A program made the translations under genes and the position numbers. A stretch of DNA of 64,000 nucleotides. Origin: Bacteroidaceae bacterium (GTDB lineage Bacteria > Bacteroidota > Bacteroidia > Bacteroidales > Bacteroidaceae). Under the pieces are notes generated by a model. It worked only from the letters and a program-made list of their open reading frames with translations, was not told where the DNA came from and did not search any database. Shown here piece by piece: positions 31,785 through 39,040 of the stretch (position 1 is the stretch's first letter; every line of letters begins with the position of its first letter). Location: assembly GCA_045631905.1 (NCBI GenBank), contig JAZQVO010000038.1, positions 1,440 to 65,439 on the forward strand, in the 5' to 3' direction.

Positions 31785-33179
31785 TTAGATGGTTTTGGTG
31801 TATTCAGTTATTCCCTCGTATGCAAAATCAAGCAAATATCTCAATGTATTATCGTGCTCGGTTTTGTCCTTCTTGTTACCAGCTTCAATCATCTTAAGAA
31901 GATAGTATGATTCATCCTTCGCTTTCAAGGTAATTCCTTTCACTATATTTGAAAGCTTTTCACCTTTGAGTATTTTATTAAGCGGTGAAAAACCTCTATT
32001 GTTTTCAGATAGTTCTACATACCAATTATGGTATTGATTTACAAAAGTTTTAAGTGCCCCAAAAGGTTGGTCTTGGTAGAAATCTTTATTCAAACCTCTC
32101 GTTTTCTTCAGTGGAAAACGTCTTTCTGTTGGTAGGATATCCAAAAGCAGATCAAAAATCATCATATTAGCAATATCTTTGACCATAGGTTTATAACCTT
32201 CGCCCAAAGAGGACATATCTAGTGCATCAACATTTTCACGTATTGCCCTAGTCATTGCTTGTGGAGTATCTGGAGTCGGTCTGCCTAAGAAATCAAAAAG
32301 TGCAGATGCTGCAACTAACTCAACAAGGTGTGCCGTATCTTTCTGTTCTTTTTCATTGTTCTTATAATTTGCTCTTAAGCTTTGTTCGCCCACATAATAA
32401 AGGAAGTCAGACTTGACGCTCTTCTCATAATAGCTAAGCGCAGCCTTTGTCTTTGTATAGAAGTTTGATGAATCAATGTCACTTCCTGAGGTCGTTGGGT
32501 CATCAAGAGAGTAGTATGGCAACACTGTTACTGCTCCCATAACAGCACTCTGTACCTGAGGATGGGCTTGGTCGTCTCTAATCTTTTTCTCAAGAAGTGG
32601 ATAACCTGATGCGCCAGTTCCACCAAAAATTGAACTAATAATAAATATCCTGTCACCCTTTTCGCAGTGTCTGCGGAATGCATCGTACCAATCGGCACCG
32701 CTTATCATTTCGTTGAGAACTACTGTACCTACATTGGGGTTACCTTTAAAGCCAACCGAAAGACTATTGTTAAGATTCTCTTGTGAATATAATGTCTGAA
32801 TCAAGAATTTATTCACGTCATTATTCGCCAGTTTGCCAACATTAAGATATTGTCCGAATGTTTTTTTCTCAGCCATGCTAGTACTTACACTATTTTGCTG
32901 ATTGTCGAGATCTTCCAATCTTATAATCTTAGTATTAAAGAAGCCTGATGGAGCAGATAATTGTTGTGCTCTGTCTGTTGTCGCGTTCTTATACACTTTG
33001 ATATAGTCTCCAATTGTTGTGGTAAGGATAGCGTTCTCTTCCAAATCAACATGGGGATCTATTATAACAGGAACAATATCATAGCCGCTAGTTCTCATGC
33101 CAGCAGCTGCCATCATCACAACAGACTTCATTACGCGAAGCCCTGTGCCACCTATACAAAAAACAAAAACTTTTGCCAT
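31785..33179 (-). CDS. FtsZ/tubulin-superfamily GTPase-like protein (divergent)
   Basis: 464 aa. VFCIGGTGLRV (T1-like, residues 6-16), GFKGNPNVG (residues 143-151, compare the FtsZ T3 GAGANPEVG) and FGGTGASG (residues 185-192, compare the tubulin signature GGGTG[ST]G). Confidence 0.7.
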   Translation of the reverse strand: MAKVFVFCIGGTGLRVMKSVVMMAAAGMRTSGYDIVPVIIDPHVDLEENAILTTTIGDYIKVYKNATTDRAQQLSAPSGFFNTKIIRLEDLDNQQNSVSTSMAEKKTFGQYLNVGKLANNDVNKFLIQTLYSQENLNNSLSVGFKGNPNVGTVVLNEMISGADWYDAFRRHCEKGDRIFIISSIFGGTGASGYPLLEKKIRDDQAHPQVQSAVMGAVTVLPYYSLDDPTTSGSDIDSSNFYTKTKAALSYYEKSVKSDFLYYVGEQSLRANYKNNEKEQKDTAHLVELVAASALFDFLGRPTPDTPQAMTRAIRENVDALDMSSLGEGYKPMVKDIANMMIFDLLLDILPTERRFPLKKTRGLNKDFYQDQPFGALKTFVNQYHNWYVELSENNRGFSPLNKILKGEKLSNIVKGITLKAKDESYYLLKMIEAGNKKDKTEHDNTLRYLLDFAYEGITEYTKTI

Positions 33180-33181
33180 AA

Positions 33182-33634
33182 CTATTTGCCTAATTTAAGG
33201 AATCTGTACGCATTAGTTGATACAGGTAAATTACAGATAATAAATGATGTTATAAAATAGATAGCAGATGCGTATAACCCATTTATTAATGATATCCTCA
33301 ATATGAAACCAACTTGCTCTTTGAGAGTTGACGAAACCATCGCATTGCCTAAAATCATTGTTAACCCTATCGTAGCGACAACTGTTATTACTAACCAGAT
33401 TACCCAATGGCGTATTCTGTATTTTCTTCCTGGAAGTTTGTTGTAGCCATAATAATAATAGCAAACAACTACAACAGCAACAGCAATGGCTGTAGCAAGA
33501 AAATACATACTAGCAGAGTCAAGGCTATTCCAAAGAGATCGAGCCATATTGTAAAGAGGCTCATTATCCTTATACCTAACCAGGTGCTCAGCCTGATTTG
33601 GCAACCCCCAATCATACAAATTAAGCATTCCCAT
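33182..33634 (-). CDS. Small integral membrane protein (about 3 TM), unknown family
   Basis: 150 aa. The hydrophobic segments are YFLATAIAVAVVVVCYYYY, WVIWLVITVVATIGLTMILG and LINGLYASAIYFITSFIIC. It is separated by 2 nt from both neighbouring genes. Confidence 0.55.
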   Translation of the reverse strand: MGMLNLYDWGLPNQAEHLVRYKDNEPLYNMARSLWNSLDSASMYFLATAIAVAVVVVCYYYYGYNKLPGRKYRIRHWVIWLVITVVATIGLTMILGNAMVSSTLKEQVGFILRISLINGLYASAIYFITSFIICNLPVSTNAYRFLKLGK

Positions 33635-33636
33635 AA

Positions 33637-34920
33637 TTATTGCTTTATTTTAGATATTAATATTCTATTTGGTGTTTCATCCCAGTGATTCTGAATTGCA
33701 TTGAATACACCAGATACAAATCTATCAACAGAGAATGACCCTGTGTAATCATTCTCTGCTGTTGCAGACATTATATTAGTGAAGTCAAGCGTAACAGAGT
33801 AGTCTGGATGGTTTAATGTCCATTCAATGACATCTGATTCAGTGAACATGTTGTAAATTTTAAGTTCTACTTTCGCGGTTGCTTTTCTCTTCAATTCTTT
33901 GTTGAAATGATTGTTTACGTCGATAGAAACCCTTTCTATGCTTACTGATGAGCCGTAACATGATTTTACAGCAAGACTTTCTTTGAAAGCATCTTCGTTA
34001 GTAATTAACCAGCGGAAGTTGCTTAAGTCAATATTTAATACCACTTTACAAGTATCAGAATACTGAACATCAAAGTTTGTAAATGTAGGTTGGTCAACAA
34101 ATTGAAGAGCATTGTCTGGAATACCAAACGAATAAATTGGAGCTTTGTAGTCAAATCCAATTTCAATACAATCACCGTAATCACCATAGTCTTCCAAGAG
34201 TGTAGCAATGCTGTTTCTCATGAAAGCAACATTTTTATCCTTTCCAAGAATCAAAAAATAATAAGGGGAATCTTCTGTAAGTGTACTTCCATTAGCGGCT
34301 AAAAAATCCGATTTGGCCATGATTAAGCTAACCGCCAATCCAGGATACTTGCCAATTACATTGCGAATGTCTGTTTGATATTGTGTAAGCAAAACCTTGA
34401 CATCCTTTTGTTTTTCAGGGCTATACTTCATATCTGAAATTAGAACAGCGCATTGTCCCTCATCAAACCTTAGATTCTCTAGAATAGATTTAAGCATAGT
34501 AGGAACAAGTGTTTCTTGATTGCTCACAAAAGCACCAGAATTCATTTTTGCCCTAAAATCGTTTACAGAATATGTACCTGCAACAGTACCTGCATTAGAA
34601 AGTATGCTAACATCATTGCCTCCAAAATTGGACACTATTGACCATACGTCCTTCTTAAATCGAGTTGCTTTATTGGATCTAAAGAAACCATTCATGCTAC
34701 CACTAACCTCAACATAAAATCCGAGAGCAGAAGGTTTTTCTACAGAGAAAGACTCTTTAATAGAGTCTAGACAATATCCATCGTCTGTAAAATGTGGATC
34801 AGATACTGTGTTAACTGGGTCACAAGAAGAAAGCAGCAAAATCCCAGAGAGCATTATCAAAGCAACAGATAGCTTATTCTTAACCCTGATCAAAATACTG
34901 CAGCACATACTTAAATCCAT
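33637..34920 (-). CDS. vWA-like lipoprotein (degenerate MIDAS ExSxS) with an unknown beta-rich C-terminal region
   Basis: 427 aa. Lipobox LLLSSC (Cys33). GFYVEVSGSMNGFF at residues 67-80 resembles vWA beta1-MIDAS (DxSxS, with Glu in place of Asp). AVLISDMKY resembles the beta4 Asp segment. Confidence 0.5.
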   Translation of the reverse strand: MDLSMCCSILIRVKNKLSVALIMLSGILLLSSCDPVNTVSDPHFTDDGYCLDSIKESFSVEKPSALGFYVEVSGSMNGFFRSNKATRFKKDVWSIVSNFGGNDVSILSNAGTVAGTYSVNDFRAKMNSGAFVSNQETLVPTMLKSILENLRFDEGQCAVLISDMKYSPEKQKDVKVLLTQYQTDIRNVIGKYPGLAVSLIMAKSDFLAANGSTLTEDSPYYFLILGKDKNVAFMRNSIATLLEDYGDYGDCIEIGFDYKAPIYSFGIPDNALQFVDQPTFTNFDVQYSDTCKVVLNIDLSNFRWLITNEDAFKESLAVKSCYGSSVSIERVSIDVNNHFNKELKRKATAKVELKIYNMFTESDVIEWTLNHPDYSVTLDFTNIMSATAENDYTGSFSVDRFVSGVFNAIQNHWDETPNRILISKIKQ

Positions 34921-34968
34921 AATATTATTTGTTGTCTTATAAATTTACAAATTATCTATACCATTAGA

Positions 34969-34995
34969 GGGAATCTCTCATTATGAGAATCCCAA
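34969..34995. repeat. Left inverted repeat (IR-L) upstream of the island operon
   Basis: gggaatctctcattatgagaatcccaa. The reverse complement of 35174-35200 is ggggttctctcattatgagaatcccaa, identical at 25 of 27 positions. Confidence 0.8.
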
Positions 34996-35158
34996 AACTC
35001 AACTCATACTATAAGTCAGGTAATTACAAGAATCACATATCTATTTGCTTTGTGCCAATTAAGGAAACCAAACAGAGAATACCTATAGCAAAAGTTCTAA
35101 AAATGCAATAAGACAACGATTTATTTGCCAAAAATGAGATAATTTTAAATAAAATCTG

Positions 35159-35166
35159 TAATTTTG
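35159..35166 (+). promoter_or_regulatory. Consensus -7 box TAATTTTG inside the IR-bounded segment, currently pointing away from the operon
   Basis: This is an exact TAnnTTTG match 8 nt inside IR-R. No exact match on the operon strand was found between IR-R and the operon ATG. Confidence 0.35.
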
Positions 35167-35173
35167 CAATAAA

Positions 35174-35200
35174 TTGGGATTCTCATAATGAGAGAACCCC
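35174..35200. repeat. Right inverted repeat (IR-R)
   Basis: ttgggattctcataatgagagaacccc, the inverted partner of 34969-34995. The outer ends span 232 bp. Confidence 0.8.
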
Positions 35201-35327
35201 AATCGTTCAATTCTACTATGGAGTTGGCGTCTTTTGATTAGCTCCAATTCATCATAATATATCATAAAAAAAGAGTTCCACTCCTGCTATGGAATGAAAC
35301 TCTATCTGTTTGCTTGATTATGAATCC

Positions 35328-36566
35328 CTAATTCAAAAGGTAATCAAATACATTCATCATTATAATGCCATTGGGCATAGTATGCGTTGGTATGTCATCT
35401 GTTGTGATAATAATTTTTGTAAAAGAGTCGTCTGTTAGGGTTAGTGAGCGTTGTTCCTGCTTCTGTTTGTCTTCATCTGGCAAAGAATAAGCAGATTGTA
35501 TATACACCCTTTCACTACCTCTATTACAAACGAAATCAACCTCAAGTGTGGTTCTGGTAGTCTTACCTTCATCATCTTTTTGATATAAAGTAACGCAGCC
35601 TACATCTACCTTATAGCCTTTACCTATCAAATGGTTATATATGATATTCTCCATAATATGAGTAGGTTCAACTTGTCGGAAATTCAAAAGTGCATTACGC
35701 AACCCAAGATCAGCAAAATAATATTTGTAAGGAGTATCTATATACTTCTTTCCTTTAATATCATAGCGTACTGCTTTATTGATGAGGAAAGAATCAATAA
35801 AATAGTCTATATATGTTTTTATTGTATTGTGGCTTATTTTCACCTTTTTCTCACTAACAAATGTGTTTGCTAGTTTGTTGGGATTAGTCAATGCTCCTAT
35901 ATTAGATGCCAAGAGAGAGAATAATTCTTCTAATTCTGCATCATTTTTCACATTATTGCGGTCGATTATATCGCTTAAATATGTTTCTTTAAGTAACTCA
36001 TGAAGTATTTCTGCTTTTCGTGCTTTATCCTTCTCAATGACAACCATTGGTAACCCTCCATAATAAATATAATCTCGCCACAATGAAGATGTGTCATCAT
36101 TTGACTTTTCTTTTATTTCCTTAAACGATAGCGGCTGAAGGTGGATTTGAACTCCTCTTCCTCTGAATTCAGTAACGATATCAGAAGAAAGGAACTTTGC
36201 ATTACTTCCTGTTACATATACATCAAGGTTATCTATGTGTAGAAAACCATTGAGTACATCTACGAAATCCTCCAGCATCTGAACTTCGTCAATCATCACA
36301 TAATACATCTGCGAATCTTGCTTTGTCAGATTTTCGATATATTCATATAAAGTTTCTGCCTTGCGATATTTACGATGAACAAATGAGTCAAGTCTTATTT
36401 CGATGATATGGCTGGTATCAGCACCATTATCTAAAAGATGTTGTTTATAAAGGTTGAGTAGCAGATAAGATTTGCCAACACGTCGTAACCCAGTAACAAT
36501 CTTTATCAAATGATTATGCTTGCTACTTATCAACTTTTCAATGTAATGTTTTCTTTCGAATTTCAT
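35328..36566 (-). CDS. AAA-family ATPase (AAA_14 / DUF4143-type)
   Basis: 412 aa. The Walker A is GLRRVGKSYLL and the Walker B-like segment is YYVMIDEVQ. The C-terminal region is typical of DUF4143 proteins common on Bacteroides mobile DNA. Confidence 0.7.
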   Translation of the reverse strand: MKFERKHYIEKLISSKHNHLIKIVTGLRRVGKSYLLLNLYKQHLLDNGADTSHIIEIRLDSFVHRKYRKAETLYEYIENLTKQDSQMYYVMIDEVQMLEDFVDVLNGFLHIDNLDVYVTGSNAKFLSSDIVTEFRGRGVQIHLQPLSFKEIKEKSNDDTSSLWRDYIYYGGLPMVVIEKDKARKAEILHELLKETYLSDIIDRNNVKNDAELEELFSLLASNIGALTNPNKLANTFVSEKKVKISHNTIKTYIDYFIDSFLINKAVRYDIKGKKYIDTPYKYYFADLGLRNALLNFRQVEPTHIMENIIYNHLIGKGYKVDVGCVTLYQKDDEGKTTRTTLEVDFVCNRGSERVYIQSAYSLPDEDKQKQEQRSLTLTDDSFTKIIITTDDIPTHTMPNGIIMMNVFDYLLN

Positions 36567-36576
36567 ATAGATACAA

Positions 36577-36680
36577 TTTTTGTGTATTTACACAGTTTTC
36601 GTCTGCAAATATAATAGTTTAATCACAAATCAAGCACGAAACCCGAGACATTTTTTGTGTATTTACACACTTTTTGTCTG
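36577..36680. repeat. Two 29-nt direct repeats with a palindromic core, between the integrase and ATPase genes
   Basis: 36577-36605 is tttttgtgtatttacacagttttcgtctg and 36652-36680 is tttttgtgtatttacacactttttgtctg, identical at 27 of 29 positions. The core tgtgta-tt-tacaca is palindromic. Confidence 0.8.
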
Positions 36681-36692
36681 TAGTGCCATTGA

Positions 36693-37886
36693 TTACCATT
36701 CCCCCAATGCAGCCAAAATCTCACTATTGGCATTATCCACTGCTGAAGTATCAAGCGTAGAAAGGTATATAAGTGTAGTCTTTTCGGAGTCATGGCCGAG
36801 GGCATCACTGATGACGCTAATCGGAATCTGCTTCTGCTTGGCTATGCTTGCCCAGCTGTGACGAGCCACATACAATGTCAAGGGTATCGACAACTGAGCC
36901 ATTTCTCCAACCAGCCGTAAATGACGATTGATACGTTTGGATAGTTTCTTGTAAGTTTGCCTGTCATCAGCATCATTCGTGAGTATGGGCAACAAGTATT
37001 TGGTATCTTTGGGATATTTGTCGATGATAGTTTGCATCTGCTGTTCCCAACGAATATCCAATCGTCCACCAGTTTTCTTGCGATAATATGTCAAGTGTCC
37101 ACCTCGAAGATTATCATAAGTCAGGTATGCCATATCAATGAATGACATTCCTCTGAGGCCAAGACTCAACAAAAAAATATCCCTTGCATATGATAGATGC
37201 GGATATAGCCTCAAATCCAAATCCTTGATTCTTTTGATGGCATCAATATCAATTGCTCTTTTTACTGTTTGGGCAATACCCGTATATACACTTTGGAATG
37301 GAGCTACGGCTTCAACAAGATGCAATTTTACTGCTTTGTTAAGTACGGTTCTCAGCGTCCGCATATAAAAGGAAATGCTGTTCATGGTTAGGTTTCTGTT
37401 CTTTAAGTAACGTTCATAATCTTCCATGACTTCTGCTGTAATCTCATAGAGCATAATATCTTCATCGTTATTGAACTTGATGAAACTATGCAAGGCGGAT
37501 ATATATGTCTCACTTGTTCGTGTACGTCCCATATCTGCCAAACGTTCAGCTTGAGATAACAGAAAACCAGAGAAAGACTGCTGGCGATTCAATTCTTCAA
37601 ATTTAGATATAATGCATCCAAAATCTAAAGGCGTTCCTTTTTTAATATGTCGTTTGGCGATGGCATATATTTGTTGCATCTCCCAATCGGTCCGATTCTT
37701 GATTTTGATGAGTGAGCTGCTGTCGGTAAGTAATCGACCGTGTTGTTTATCCCATTCATTGGGGTAAATTCGATAACCAGATGCATAAGTGTGCGTTGTC
37801 CGCTTAATGATTATCTGGTAATAAAGCATACCATCATTACCCTTGATGGCTGAAGGACGATAACATAACTTGACTGATACTCCCAT
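36693..37886 (-). CDS. Tyrosine site-specific recombinase/integrase
   Basis: 397 aa. The N-terminal SAM-like region and the C-terminal catalytic region ARHSWASIA...ALGHDSEKTTLIYL supply the R-H-R-Y family residues. Confidence 0.85.
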   Translation of the reverse strand: MGVSVKLCYRPSAIKGNDGMLYYQIIIKRTTHTYASGYRIYPNEWDKQHGRLLTDSSSLIKIKNRTDWEMQQIYAIAKRHIKKGTPLDFGCIISKFEELNRQQSFSGFLLSQAERLADMGRTRTSETYISALHSFIKFNNDEDIMLYEITAEVMEDYERYLKNRNLTMNSISFYMRTLRTVLNKAVKLHLVEAVAPFQSVYTGIAQTVKRAIDIDAIKRIKDLDLRLYPHLSYARDIFLLSLGLRGMSFIDMAYLTYDNLRGGHLTYYRKKTGGRLDIRWEQQMQTIIDKYPKDTKYLLPILTNDADDRQTYKKLSKRINRHLRLVGEMAQLSIPLTLYVARHSWASIAKQKQIPISVISDALGHDSEKTTLIYLSTLDTSAVDNANSEILAALGEW

Positions 37887-37888
37887 AA

Positions 37889-39031
37889 TTATCTCCTCCT
37901 TCTTGATGTATTATTATCATTCTTCTTCTCTCCCCAAGGCATATCAGATGATGAGCCACCTCCACCTGTTCCAACATGAGTCTGTGCTGGACCACCTGAA
38001 AGCATCTCAAATGTAGCACCAAGCAGTTGGGCCTGAATCTGGCTCACTTGCTCAAACGGCTCAAAGATTTCATTGACCAGTTCATATTCGGTAAGCTCAC
38101 CATTCAGATACTTTTGTATAACAGGATCGTACCACTCGAAATACTTCGCATCCTCAAATGTCTCATTTTCCACCTTAGTTTGAATGCGAAGGTTTGGTAT
38201 GTTTGAATGGCGAGGCGACATGCGAATACCTGTGAGTGTTGCACCCGATGACAGGCGATATCGATGCGGATTGGCCTTTCTGTCAAGCGTGTCAATACGT
38301 TGCTTCTGCTTTTCTATGGTAGCTTCGTGAGCAATATTCTTTCGCTCGGCAATCTCGGCTCGTTTAATGGCCTTCTCAATTTCCGCCATATAACCATTGC
38401 GGTATTTCGCTAATTCTGCCTTATGTTGCTCCTTAAGTTGTAGTTGATCTTGCTCTAATTGAGCAATGCGTTGCTGTAGCTTTTCTATCTGCTTGTCCTT
38501 ATCCGATAGCTTTTTCTTTGCTTCTGCCAAATCTCCCGTACCGAAGAATGACAATATTTTGGAACGACCTTCACGTGCCTTTTCAACTTCTGCCTGCAAT
38601 CTCTCTATGTTGTCTTCATATTTCAACATCAGCTCACGATAATATTGGCCATTTGACTTATGACGGGCTGTAGAACCCACTACACCACGTTGCAAACCGA
38701 ATGGCTTCATAGCAATGGCATAGGTGTTCTGATAGTGGAACAACTTTCCACGAGCCATTACATCATCTGCGGATAATCGTGGTCCACTTTTGGTTGCATA
38801 TTTCTTGTCACCCTCACGCTCCTTGCGTCTGCGTTCTGTGGTCACGATAGGTGTGACGGTAGCATGAAGGTGAGGAGTCTTTTCATCCATGTGCAGCACA
38901 CACGATACAAGATTCTCTTCACCGAATGTATCTTTGAGCCATGACAGATTGGCCTTGATCCATTGGTCAAGTTTTCCGTCATGTTGTAGTTTCATCATCT
39001 GCTCGTGTGTTCCAGTCAGGATGATGCGAGC
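37889..39031 (-). pseudogene. MobV/Mob_Pre-type relaxase lacking its N-terminal catalytic segment
   Basis: The HMDEKTPHLHATVTPIV motif (HxDE..PHxH) sits at residue 36 instead of roughly 120. The frame is open only back to the TAG at 39034-39032 (ARIILTGTHEQMMKL...). The rest is a coiled-coil and Gly/Ser-rich tail. Confidence 0.6.
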
Positions 39032-39040
39032 CTATATCTC

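Larger units (their letters stand above)
25172..39040. mobile_element. AT-rich genomic island (decayed integrative/mobilizable element) carrying a candidate defence operon
   Basis: There is an abrupt switch to AT-rich sequence and T/A-ending codons. It carries a tyrosine integrase, a 5'-truncated MobV-like relaxase and an AAA/DUF4143 ATPase. The right edge abuts the stop codon of a host-like gene, and the boundaries are approximate. Confidence 0.6.

Noticed and set aside
31785-33179. Considered whether the tubulin-like gene is the housekeeping ftsZ.
   Set aside because: It lies in the AT-rich island with no ftsA, ftsQ or mur neighbours. Only the GTP-binding loops resemble FtsZ, and the C-terminal half does not.
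35083-35265. A 60-aa ORF partly inside the IR-bounded segment.
   Set aside because: It is short, spans IR-R, has no start context or motif, and is more simply explained as non-coding regulatory DNA.
38999-39040. Looked for direct repeats (att-like) between this junction and the left island border (25172-25284).
   Set aside because: I found no convincing shared stretch of 10 nt or more by eye. This needs a computational alignment, so no att site is claimed.
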